Of a DNA stretch of 64,000 nucleotides, positions 15,197 through 24,316 are shown one piece after another (within the stretch, counting starts at the first letter, position 1; every line of letters starts with the position of its first letter). The notes below the pieces were generated by a model. It was not told the origin of the DNA. It worked only from the letters and a program-made list of their open reading frames with translations, and ran no database searches. The stretch is from IMG/VR virus record IMGVR_UViG_3300045988_176431, positions 190,366 to 254,365 of that record, one strand, 5' to 3'. The translations under genes were made by a program, and so were the position numbers. Source of the stretch: a virus.

Positions 15197-17488
15197 ATGG
15201 TAACTGTTGGTATAGTATCCTTTATCTGTGATATTTTCAATTTCACCAAACTTCTCTTTATCAATTTCAGCAAAGCGATAACAAAGACTTTCTGCTGGTG
15301 TACCATATAAACCAAATCCTAATCCTGTTTCTTTTTTCCATTTATCAACAGTTTGCTTTAAATATTTCATAACTCGTAAAGCAAACTCATGACCAACTTC
15401 TGTTGTATGACTTACACCTTTCATAGCAATTGTTGTTTCATATACTCCTATATACCCAAGTGAAATAGTAGCATAACCATTTTGTAATAATTTATTAATT
15501 TTTTCACCCGGTTTTAATCTAGCAATAGCACCGTATTGCCAATGAATTGGTGAAATATCACTCGGAGTATCTAAAAGATTTTTATATCGACAAATAAGTG
15601 CTTTCTTACAAAGTTTAAGTCTTTCATCTAATAATCTCCAAAATACTTTTTCATCACCATTAGCAATAATACCAATTTGTGGAAGATTAATTGATACCAC
15701 ACCCATATTAAAGCGTCCTTCCCATTTATAATTACCATTTTCATCTTTCCATGGTGATAAGAATGAACGACAATTATGGGAATACATACCATTTACCTCA
15801 AAATGATCGGATTCTGTTTCTACGTCATAACTATCCATAGAAATTCCTGTCATCATAGAGATTTTTTCAATTTCAACCTTTGTAATATTTGCTTTCTTAT
15901 TTTTGTCTTCTTCATTATTATAATAGACTTTATCTCCAATTTTGAGATCCAATCCATAAGTTCTTCCTTTTTCTACAACAACAAATGGATGATCTGTTGT
16001 ACAATAAATATTTACTTTATTATCCAATCGTACTTTCATCCAATTATTTACATTATAATTTTTAATTACTTTCTTTACACGAACCCATCCATCCATTGTA
16101 TCATAAATATAAAGTTCTGGAACTTCCATATACAAATGAGGAGATTCTTTTCCATTGATAATTTCTTGTGGAATTTCTTTATTTTCTTTTTTCAATTCTT
16201 TCCACATAAATTCAAAAGTTCCTCTTTTTTCTTCTCCTTTATATTTATAATGAATTTGGGATTTACCGCTTACACATCCCATACAAGAAAATACTTCACC
16301 CTCATAATTTTCTCTCATTTTCTTTGCTGAGATGTAATCTGGATACAATCGTTTTGCTGTACATTTAATCGCATCCTTTGTAATATAATGATATTTACCA
16401 CCAGGCATTGTATTATCATCCAAAACATAAATTAATTTTGGAAATGCTGGTGTAATATAAACACCTTTTTCATTCTTAATTCCTTCATATCGTTGTTTAA
16501 TAATCTCTTGAATAATCATTGCTGAATAATCTTCATAAGGATCATTATCATCGATGTGCATAAATAAAGTTACAAACGGGCTTTGACCGTTAGTTGTCAT
16601 CAACGAATTTATTTGATATTGAATCGTCTGTACTCCATCTTTTAATTCATCTTGTAATCGAACATAAGCAGATGATTCAATAGCTTTTTCTTTTTGCTCT
16701 TCATTTTCAAAATTCCATAATTCTGGATTTGAATCAATTTCTTCTCTTATCTTTCGTCTATGTTTATCATGACTAATTTTTAGATATTTTCCTAAATGTT
16801 TTACACTTACACTCTGTCCTCCATATTGATTACTTGCTACTGCAGCGATAATCTGAGTCATAACTGTACAAGCAACTCGGAAACTTTTTGGAGATTCAAT
16901 TAATTTTCCATTCATAACCGTTCCATTATCTAACATATCTTTGATATTGATAAGGCAACAATTAAATTCATTTTGTAAGTAATAATCCATATCATGGAAA
17001 TGAAGGATTCCTTCTTCATGTGCCTCCACAATATCTTTTGGAAGAAGTACACGTTTTGACAAATCCTTACTTACTTCACCTGCAATTAAATCTCTTTGTG
17101 TAGAAAGAACGGTTGCATTTTTATTTGAATTCTCTTCCATTAAGGTTTTATTTTTTTGTCGGATTAACGAAAGAATTGATTCATCTGTTGTGTTTACTTT
17201 TCTAGCAATTTCACGAGTATATCGATAAATAATATATTTTTTTGCTAACTCATATTTACCGAATTTTTCCACCATAGTTTTTTCAATAATATCTTGAATT
17301 TCTTCTACAGTAATTTTATTATTTTCTTTTTTTATTCCAGATTTTTTTACAATAGAGAGAATAATGTTAATTTCAGACATTGTAACACGATTATTCTCTG
17401 ACACCTCTTTATTTGCTTTCTGGATTGCAGATACGATTTTGTTTTCATCATAAACAACTTCGCGTCCATCTCGTTTTATTACTACCAT
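15197..17488 (-). CDS. nrdD: anaerobic ribonucleoside-triphosphate reductase, exon 1 (includes mini-intein)
   Basis: ATP-cone start MVVIKRDGREVVYDENKIVSAI, then ..HFHDMDYY..NCCLINI.., FSCMG[intein]CRSFLSPW..GVVSINLPQI.., ..GTPAESLCYRFA.., ending GYYTNSYH. Confidence 0.9.
15773..16276 (-). mobile_element. 168-aa mini-intein in NrdD
   Basis: It begins with Cys (CVSGKSQ..), has block B TTDHPF, and ends ..HFEVNGMYSHN followed by a +1 Cys. Removal restores the conserved ..FSCMG-CRSFLSPW.. sequence. No endonuclease domain is present. Confidence 0.8.
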
Positions 17489-17670
17489 ATAAAATAGCCT
17501 ACCTTTCTTTTATTTTTAGCCTAAAAAATAGATAATCTTAAAATCAAAATTATCCGTTAATTCTATGTAAAAATAATTATAAAAAGACAAAAAAATATTT
17601 TAATAAGGTTAATAACAAGTGATTATAAAAAAATATTAATCATATTTTTTACTTATTTTATACAAGGAAA

Positions 17671-17705
17671 AATTAGTGATACCTATTTTTTAGGTATCAC
17701 TAATT
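17671..17705 (-). terminator. rho-independent terminator
   Basis: aattagtgatacct/aggtatcactaatt stem immediately after the stop of gene 17716-18549. Confidence 0.75.
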
Positions 17706-17715
17706 TTATTCTTTA

Positions 17716-18549
17716 TTAATTATTTACATTCATTAAAGTATCAAAATTTTCTTTGTACTTACCAGTTAATGAACCATAAGAATATGTAATCTCATTGATT
17801 CGATCCGCTGATTTCATATTTAAAATCTGAGATTGAAGATGATTAAATAAAGTCGTATTATAAACAACATATTTCATCGCACCAGCATAAACTGCTTTAA
17901 TCTCATTAGATGTAAATACACGACACATTGTCTTTGATGAATGATACATAACAATTGCAGATGGATCATTTAATACGGTATCATATAATGATTTAATATT
18001 AATTTGATCTGTTTCTGTTAAATCAAAATGTTCTGTACCAACTGTTGTTTGAAGATCAATACCATGATAAATGGTAGATTTACAAATTTCACTTAATTCT
18101 GAAATTTTATTCATCTTAATCAATTCAAGTTTTTTATTCTCAAGTTCTGATATTTTGTTTTCATCAAGAATCCATTCATCTTCAGTTATCTCTTTTTCAA
18201 CTTTTTTTGTGATTATAGAACCAGATTCATCTAATTTTACTCGATTACTAACTTCAGTTCCTTCTGGTAAAGAAGAAATCTCATCTTCGGGTACCTTTAC
18301 TTCTTCTACAATTGTTTCTGTTGTAGGATTTCCATCTTTATCAGTGGTTTCTTGTTCTTTAGTTACTTTATAGTAATATTCTAATTCAGGAACTTCTTCT
18401 GTGATTGTTTTTGTTACTTTATCATATTTATAACATAACTGATTTTCTTCAGGTGGTAGTGATTTTACTAATGTGCCACCAGAAATATCTCCAGTTAAAG
18501 AATATGATCCAGTAAAAAATTTATTTTCATCTAATAATACTGAAATCAT
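17716..18549 (-). CDS. fibre-associated protein with DUF4376-like C-terminal domain
   Basis: 4-nt overlap with the upstream fibre gene. The C-terminal ..GIDLQTTVGTEHFDLTETDQINIKSLY..IVMYHSS..CRVFTSNEIKAVYAGAMKYV.. resembles the DUF4376/XkdW-type module. Confidence 0.4.
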   Translation of the reverse strand: MISVLLDENKFFTGSYSLTGDISGGTLVKSLPPEENQLCYKYDKVTKTITEEVPELEYYYKVTKEQETTDKDGNPTTETIVEEVKVPEDEISSLPEGTEVSNRVKLDESGSIITKKVEKEITEDEWILDENKISELENKKLELIKMNKISELSEICKSTIYHGIDLQTTVGTEHFDLTETDQINIKSLYDTVLNDPSAIVMYHSSKTMCRVFTSNEIKAVYAGAMKYVVYNTTLFNHLQSQILNMKSADRINEITYSYGSLTGKYKENFDTLMNVNN

Positions 18550-21518
18550 ACAGACGCACCTCCTTTAATCCCTGTAATTTTTGTAATATAAAAATCGTAA
18601 TAATTACTACTTGTATTAGTTGTATAGAAAATACCAAAAGAATTTCTAGTATTAAACCATAATATAGTTTGACAATTATAAGTAGATTTTGACCAATTTC
18701 CTGCTTGCATTGAAATTGCATTGGTCGTAATATCTTTTGGATTAAATGTTTCATATGTTGTAATAGGACGAGGTTCTGTAAAATCTTTATATTCAACACG
18801 AATTAAATCGTAATTATCAATTGAATCTGTTAAGTTATAAAAACTTCCTTTAGTATTTGCTTTACCCTCAAATAATACAGTCTCATTAAATCCAGCATAT
18901 GAATTATTAATAGTGATATTACTTCCGATTTCAATAATCAATATATTTGTTTGCTGTTGAAGACCGATTTTTGTTCCTGAAAATTCAGAAATAAATGGAT
19001 AAATTACAGTTTCTTTTGTTGTTTTTATAATACCAGGATGACTAGAACTAGACCATGTTTTTGAAGAGTAATTTTGATAAATATTATTTATAACTTGATA
19101 CATTGGTACATTATCAGTTTTATTATAAATACTAAATGCTGCAAAATTATAAGACTCTGTAACTGCGAATCTAGCATTAAACATTACTAAAAATTTTTTA
19201 TTTGCTGGTAAAACAATTTCATTATCACTATTAATACTAATACCATTAGCATCAACGTGTCTATTCATTGGAAGTTTTTGATCAATTCCTGCTTTTGTAT
19301 AATATGTTACATTATAACCAGATGATGTTTCATTTTCATTCAAAGGATGACATCCATAAAAATAACACACATCACTATTCACTTTTTGAATAATATCCAA
19401 TTGGTTATTTACATTCACATTAGCCCCTATTTCAATAATAGTGATATTTGATCTACCATTTAATTTCGGTGTATTATATGCTTCTGTTACAATTGGATAT
19501 ACTACATGTTCTTTCTCATCTGTTTTGATAATACCAATAGATTCACCATTTGAATAGTTCAAGGTTGCTTTTTGTGAATATTTAAATTCATCAGCTTCAC
19601 TTTTTAATGATTTATCTGTTTCATCATATAATTGAACGCCAATACATGGTGATGTACTATCACTAGGTCCATTTGCAATTCTGACAGAAATCTTATACAT
19701 ATAGGTTTTATTAGGATTTAATGTAATCTTTCCAGAGGTACTCACATTAATATTATTTCCATTAATAACTTTTTTCATTGGAACAATAACAGGATTTGTA
19801 AGGTCTGGAGAAGAAAAATCTGATGAAACTGTTAATGTTTCAGAATAATCCATTCTAGCATGAAGATAATCAGATTTTTTACCCTTAATTTGATCTACTG
19901 CAATTTCAGTACTAACCATATTTCTTATTTCTTCTTTTGTAGGATACTTTGTTAAATCGGTTTTTGGTGCATAAATACCATCTGCTTCAGTTGTAATGAT
20001 ATTTCCATCTTTTTTGGAAACATCAGAAATTCCACCACCTGAATTACTATTCCATTTCTTTTTTTCTTCAGCTGTTACATGAATATCATTATTATTTGCA
20101 TGAAGTTCAAACTTTGTATTCTTAACATAATTTGAAAATTCTTTAGTAACGGCTTTATTCTGAACAGAATTTGTGCTTGTAGCATTCAGAGTTCCATCAG
20201 GTGTAGTTTTAATATTCCATTTTGTTCTTTCATCAGCAGTAATATGAACTATATTATCACCAACATGCGATTCTAACGATGTTTTATCTGCTTTTTTATC
20301 TAAATCAGTTTTTAATGCTTTATTCTTTAAAGCTTCGTTGATTACTTTGTTCTGAACAGGATTTTTTGAAGTTGAAGATAAAGCTTCATCCACTGATACG
20401 ACTGGATTAAAACTATCAAATTTTGCATCCACCTCATTTTTATTATAAGATTCTTCTTTCGAATAAACTTCATTTTTTGCATAAGTTTCAGTTTTATTAT
20501 AATAATTATCAAGTTTTAAATCATCTGCACCCGTATTCTTCCAACCACCATCTCGATAAATCCATGATTGATATTGAGTTCCTGTTTCACCCTTTTCTAA
20601 ATAAATATATTCAATAGATGGTGTTTCGATATCAGTATGACTTTTACCATCTTCAATCACATAAAAATCAATTTTATCTATAGAACTATATTTGGAATCA
20701 ACATACGCTTTTGCATCTTCTAAAATCTTATTCCATTTCTCTTTCTCAGCAGAACTTACATGAAGTAAAGTATTTGTTACATGATCCGTAAAAGTATTTG
20801 TATCAATTTTATCTGCTAAATCAGAGGCATCTGCTTTTTTATTCAATGCTACAGAAACTGCTTTATTAGTAATTGCGTTTTCACTCGTGGAATCAAGTGA
20901 GCCATCAATTACAACATCTGATTTCGCATTCCACTTTGCTCTCTCTTCTGACGTAACATGAGATGTTGTATCAGCTTTATGCAATTCGAATTCTTCTGTG
21001 CTAATTTTTGTATCCAAATCCGTTGTATTTGCTTTTCTATCTAATGCTTTTGATATACCCATTGACGATACAGGATTTTCTGATAATGCTGTAACTTCAT
21101 CGTCTACTATAACATCTGATTTTTCATTCCATTTCTTTCTATCTTCTTCACTTATATGAACTGAGATATCATCTATATGTTTTTTGAAATCTGTTTCATT
21201 AACTTTTAAAGCAAGCTCTTTTGAAATTGCTTTATTCTGAACAGGATTTGTTGAGTTACCATTTAATTCGCTATCTACTATAACACCACCAGCATTCCAT
21301 TTCTTTCTATCTTCTTCACTTACATGAACATCATTGTTTTTAATATGATTATCAACTCTTGTTATATTCTCATCATATCCTGTAAGTTTTTCTTCCAAAC
21401 CAATCACATCATCGATATTATGTGTGTGATTTTCATTTAAATAACCAGCTGGGTCTTTTAACATTTTTCCGGACTCATCCCAAACCTCTTTATAACGATT
21501 AAATTCTTTTTTCGCCAT
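18546..21518 (-). CDS. tail fibre protein (repeat-module shaft + duplicated C-terminal receptor-binding-like domains)
   Basis: 990 aa. It has six copies of a roughly 45-aa module (..NPVQNKAISKELALKV.. plus ..HVSEEDRKKWN..). Two similar roughly 150-aa C-terminal domains each end in ..NITIIEIGANVNVNN / ..NILIIEIGSNITINN. Confidence 0.75.
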   Translation of the reverse strand: MAKKEFNRYKEVWDESGKMLKDPAGYLNENHTHNIDDVIGLEEKLTGYDENITRVDNHIKNNDVHVSEEDRKKWNAGGVIVDSELNGNSTNPVQNKAISKELALKVNETDFKKHIDDISVHISEEDRKKWNEKSDVIVDDEVTALSENPVSSMGISKALDRKANTTDLDTKISTEEFELHKADTTSHVTSEERAKWNAKSDVVIDGSLDSTSENAITNKAVSVALNKKADASDLADKIDTNTFTDHVTNTLLHVSSAEKEKWNKILEDAKAYVDSKYSSIDKIDFYVIEDGKSHTDIETPSIEYIYLEKGETGTQYQSWIYRDGGWKNTGADDLKLDNYYNKTETYAKNEVYSKEESYNKNEVDAKFDSFNPVVSVDEALSSTSKNPVQNKVINEALKNKALKTDLDKKADKTSLESHVGDNIVHITADERTKWNIKTTPDGTLNATSTNSVQNKAVTKEFSNYVKNTKFELHANNNDIHVTAEEKKKWNSNSGGGISDVSKKDGNIITTEADGIYAPKTDLTKYPTKEEIRNMVSTEIAVDQIKGKKSDYLHARMDYSETLTVSSDFSSPDLTNPVIVPMKKVINGNNINVSTSGKITLNPNKTYMYKISVRIANGPSDSTSPCIGVQLYDETDKSLKSEADEFKYSQKATLNYSNGESIGIIKTDEKEHVVYPIVTEAYNTPKLNGRSNITIIEIGANVNVNNQLDIIQKVNSDVCYFYGCHPLNENETSSGYNVTYYTKAGIDQKLPMNRHVDANGISINSDNEIVLPANKKFLVMFNARFAVTESYNFAAFSIYNKTDNVPMYQVINNIYQNYSSKTWSSSSHPGIIKTTKETVIYPFISEFSGTKIGLQQQTNILIIEIGSNITINNSYAGFNETVLFEGKANTKGSFYNLTDSIDNYDLIRVEYKDFTEPRPITTYETFNPKDITTNAISMQAGNWSKSTYNCQTILWFNTRNSFGIFYTTNTSSNYYDFYITKITGIKGGASV
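20050..20093. repeat. 44-nt near-identical repeat shared with 22351-22394
   Basis: ttccatttctttttttcttcagctgttacatgaatatcattatt versus the same sequence with one mismatch (gcag for gctg) at 22351-22394. Both encode NNDIHVTAEEKKKWN. Confidence 0.9.
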
Positions 21519-21541
21519 AAGTCAATCACCTACTTTCTTTT

Positions 21542-21868
21542 TTAATGATGTATACTAACTACTACATCTTCTACTTTTCCTAAGTCGAAATCTAAACTAT
21601 AATAATCACCCGGATACATTTTAATTTTAAATCCATCTGTCATATCAAAAATAGAATTTGGATAACAGATTATTCTGTTTACTCCAAGTTCTTTTGCATC
21701 ATTAATACTTTCAGATAGTATAGTAACCGTTAAATTTTCTAGTTTAAATTTACAATACTTAATGAGATTATTATCTTTATAAAGTTTAATTGCATTACAA
21801 CTATCACTTCGGTCTGTTATCTGAAGTTCTAATTTTTCTTTTACGTTTAAAAAACGAATATATGACAT
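21542..21868 (-). CDS. hypothetical small protein
   Basis: 108-aa ORF packed between two fibre-like genes. Confidence 0.45.
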   Translation of the reverse strand: MSYIRFLNVKEKLELQITDRSDSCNAIKLYKDNNLIKYCKFKLENLTVTILSESINDAKELGVNRIICYPNSIFDMTDGFKIKMYPGDYYSLDFDLGKVEDVVVSIHH

Positions 21869-21872
21869 TAAA

Positions 21873-22541
21873 TCACTCCTCTATTTGATTAAATTGATAT
21901 CCATAAACTCCAGTAATAACAAGATTCTCATCATTATTATAAATGGTAAGAATATCCTTATTCTCGTTTTTATAGAAAGCGAACACTACAGATTTATCTA
22001 AAATCGACAAAGCAACTTTTTTATCATATGAATAATTTACTAAACTAACAGATGTCATCATTTCATGATCTTCTGTTTCAGCGTTAACAACAACAAAATC
22101 ATACCCTTCAATTCGATTTTCTAATTCCGAGAAATTCTCAGAAAAAGGAGATGATAATAAAGAATCTTTTTTTATCAAATGATTCCATTGTTGTCTTTCT
22201 TTATTTGTGATATGAATGTTATCATCTTTAATATGTTTTTCTGTTGCATCTTTTTCAGCTTTTTTATTTAATTCTGATTTAATTACTTTAGAAGCAACAG
22301 GATTATTTGATTCTGATAAAGTATTATCAACATTTACTTTATTCAATGAATTCCATTTCTTTTTTTCTTCAGCAGTTACATGAATATCATTATTCATTGT
22401 ATGATTTGTAACAGTGGAAGAATCTGCTTTATTATTTAATAAAATACTATCTGCTTTTCGATCGAGTGCACGTTTTACAACACTATTTGCAATTGGATTC
22501 GTGCTATTAGCAGATAATCTGTAATCTACTTGTGTATCCAT
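21873..22541 (-). CDS. short fibre-like protein sharing the repeat module
   Basis: Contains STNPIANSVVKRALDRKAD, NNDIHVTAEEKKKWNS and DDNIHITNKERQQWN, the same module as in the 990-aa fibre. Confidence 0.6.
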   Translation of the reverse strand: MDTQVDYRLSANSTNPIANSVVKRALDRKADSILLNNKADSSTVTNHTMNNDIHVTAEEKKKWNSLNKVNVDNTLSESNNPVASKVIKSELNKKAEKDATEKHIKDDNIHITNKERQQWNHLIKKDSLLSSPFSENFSELENRIEGYDFVVVNAETEDHEMMTSVSLVNYSYDKKVALSILDKSVVFAFYKNENKDILTIYNNDENLVITGVYGYQFNQIEE

Positions 22542-22657
22542 ATCTCTTCATTCCTTTCTTTTAAATACTATTAAAATTATGTTTTTCTTCTTTAGATATA
22601 CGGAATCATATTATTTAAAACGCTTTATTAACAAAAATAAGAAAGGATTGATTTATT

Positions 22658-23233
22658 ATGAAACAAGAAAAAGTAATTGATGCTATTATAAACAATGATG
22701 AAATTGGAGTAATTATGGATGAGAATCCTAATAATGCAATAAGTGAAAAGTTTACTCCAAATAATAAAGAAGTTTGCATTCAAAAAAGCAGAGCTATTCC
22801 TGTTGAAATAAAGAAAATTGACTCAAATGCAATAATACCAACGAGAGGAACTTCTGAGTCTGCTGGAGCAGATTTATATGCAAATATCAATAATCCAATT
22901 TCTATTTCGCCACAACAGACAAAAATGATTGGTACTGGAATTTCAATGAAAATTCCAGATGGATTTGTTGGTCTTATTTACCCACGAAGCGGTATTTCTG
23001 TAAAGAGAGATTTGGCACCAGCAAATAAAGTAGGTGTTATTGATAGTGATTATCGAGGTGAAATTATGGTAGCTCTTCATAATCATGGTACAACATCAAA
23101 AATTATTAATCCAAACGAAAGAATCGCTCAGATTGTATTTACAGAATATTATGTACCAATATTCAATGAAGTAGAAGAACTTGATGATACTGAGAGAGGA
23201 GAGGGTGGATTTGGTTCAACAGGAGCAAAATAA
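22658..23233 (+). CDS. dut: dUTP diphosphatase (trimeric type) with about 50-aa N-terminal extension
   Basis: Motifs seen: SAGADLYA, GTGISMKIP, LIYPRSGISVK, GVIDSDYRGEI, ERIAQIVF, RGEGGFGSTG. Confidence 0.9.
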   Translation: MKQEKVIDAIINNDEIGVIMDENPNNAISEKFTPNNKEVCIQKSRAIPVEIKKIDSNAIIPTRGTSESAGADLYANINNPISISPQQTKMIGTGISMKIPDGFVGLIYPRSGISVKRDLAPANKVGVIDSDYRGEIMVALHNHGTTSKIINPNERIAQIVFTEYYVPIFNEVEELDDTERGEGGFGSTGAK

Positions 23234-23900
23234 AGTAATACGAATTGGTTTTGATATTGATAATACAATTACAGATTGTACTAGTGATTCTAGTCAATAT
23301 GAATATAATATGCTCCAGACATGGAGAACTGATATAAAGAAAATTGGACCATATACAGGAAGAGTAAATCCATCTGGTGTAGAATTTTTAGAAAGATATC
23401 CTGATATTAATATGATAGAATATCAAGAATTTATGGAATATTTTTTTCCAAGGATGGTAAAAGAAGCACCATTTCGACAAAATATATCAAAATTATTTGA
23501 TACCTTACAAGAACCTGGAAAATTTCCTGGTTATACAATTAAATGTGATATTATCACAAGAAGAGATGACTATTATCAGGGACCTTATTCAGGACCAATG
23601 ATGAAACAAGATACAATTGAACGGTTTAAAAATGAGAAGATTCATTATGACAGAATCTTCTTTAATTGTAAAAATAAGAAAAAAACGATGGAAGAAAATA
23701 ATATCGATATATTAGTTGATGATTCACCAATGAATATTTTTCAAGTAAGCACAAAATTCCCTGTAATCGTTTGTGCTACAGAATATAATAAAAAGATGAT
23801 AGGAAAGAATATTTACTTAGTAAGATTAGAAGATTATAATCTTTTTATAATGTATGTGTCAATAATACTAGACAAGATGAGTAGAGATGAGAATCGTTAG
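23181..23900 (+). CDS. HAD-superfamily 5'(3')-deoxyribonucleotidase-like hydrolase
   Basis: IGFDIDNTITD (the DxDxT motif) and DILVDDSPMN. The start is uncertain: the ORF overlaps dut by 53 nt, and a TTG/GTG near 23205-23211 after GAGGAGAGGG is plausible. Confidence 0.45.
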   Translation: MMILREERVDLVQQEQNKVIRIGFDIDNTITDCTSDSSQYEYNMLQTWRTDIKKIGPYTGRVNPSGVEFLERYPDINMIEYQEFMEYFFPRMVKEAPFRQNISKLFDTLQEPGKFPGYTIKCDIITRRDDYYQGPYSGPMMKQDTIERFKNEKIHYDRIFFNCKNKKKTMEENNIDILVDDSPMNIFQVSTKFPVIVCATEYNKKMIGKNIYLVRLEDYNLFIMYVSIILDKMSRDENR

Positions 23901-24090
23901 AAAAATAATTCATTATGTTTTCTTATGTTTAGGAGTAACCTTAACATTCTTATCTTTATTTTTATTAATTGCTTTATATTATCTTGGTGGATTAGAAATT
24001 TATTTTGAAGAATTCAATTTAATTATTGGATGTGTATTAGAAGGGATGATTGGATTAATTTCTTTAATCATATCATCCTTTACAAAATAG
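23887..24090 (+). CDS. small membrane protein (two predicted TM helices)
   Basis: 67 aa with two hydrophobic stretches (VFLCLGVTLTFLSLFLLIALYYL; IIGCVLEGMIGLISLIISSF). Confidence 0.45.
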   Translation: MRIVRKIIHYVFLCLGVTLTFLSLFLLIALYYLGGLEIYFEEFNLIIGCVLEGMIGLISLIISSFTK

Positions 24091-24093
24091 TGA

Positions 24094-24135
24094 AATTAAG
24101 AACAGATACAGAAATTTCTGTATCTGTTCTTAATT
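24094..24135. terminator. bidirectional terminator
   Basis: Perfect 21+21 palindrome aattaagaacagatacagaaa/tttctgtatctgttcttaatt. Confidence 0.85.
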
Positions 24136-24316
24136 CTTTTATCAATTATTTTTTATTTTTCTTATCATACATTTCTTTATATTTATTTGGTTTTCTTTCT
24201 TTTGTTTTTTCATAACGACCAGGTTGTCGTTTTGCGTGTATTTTTCCAACACCACCCTGATTTAATATTCCTAAACTATCTTTAAAATCAGCATCCTTAT
24301 AGTTATTAAGAGCTTC

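Noticed and set aside
15194-15199. TGA after ..YYTNSYH read as a genuine stop, meaning a truncated or pseudogenised nrdD plus a separate 124-aa gene.
   Set aside because: The downstream piece lacks an ATG and continues the NrdD sequence exactly where exon 1 stops. The intervening 1056 nt has group I intron hallmarks and an HNH ORF. The split-by-intron interpretation is preferred.
15776-16330. 184-aa plus-strand ORF antisense to nrdD.
   Set aside because: It lies antisense to the intein-coding region. The product is I/F/N-rich and low-complexity, as expected from AT-rich antisense sequence, and it has no RBS.
23887-24090. Two-TM 67-aa protein considered as the holin.
   Set aside because: It is not adjacent to either lysin gene and has no charged C-terminal tail typical of holins. 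It is kept as a generic membrane protein.
24030-24215. 61-aa plus-strand ORF.
   Set aside because: It overlaps the end of the preceding gene, runs straight through the 21-bp palindromic terminator, and has no RBS.
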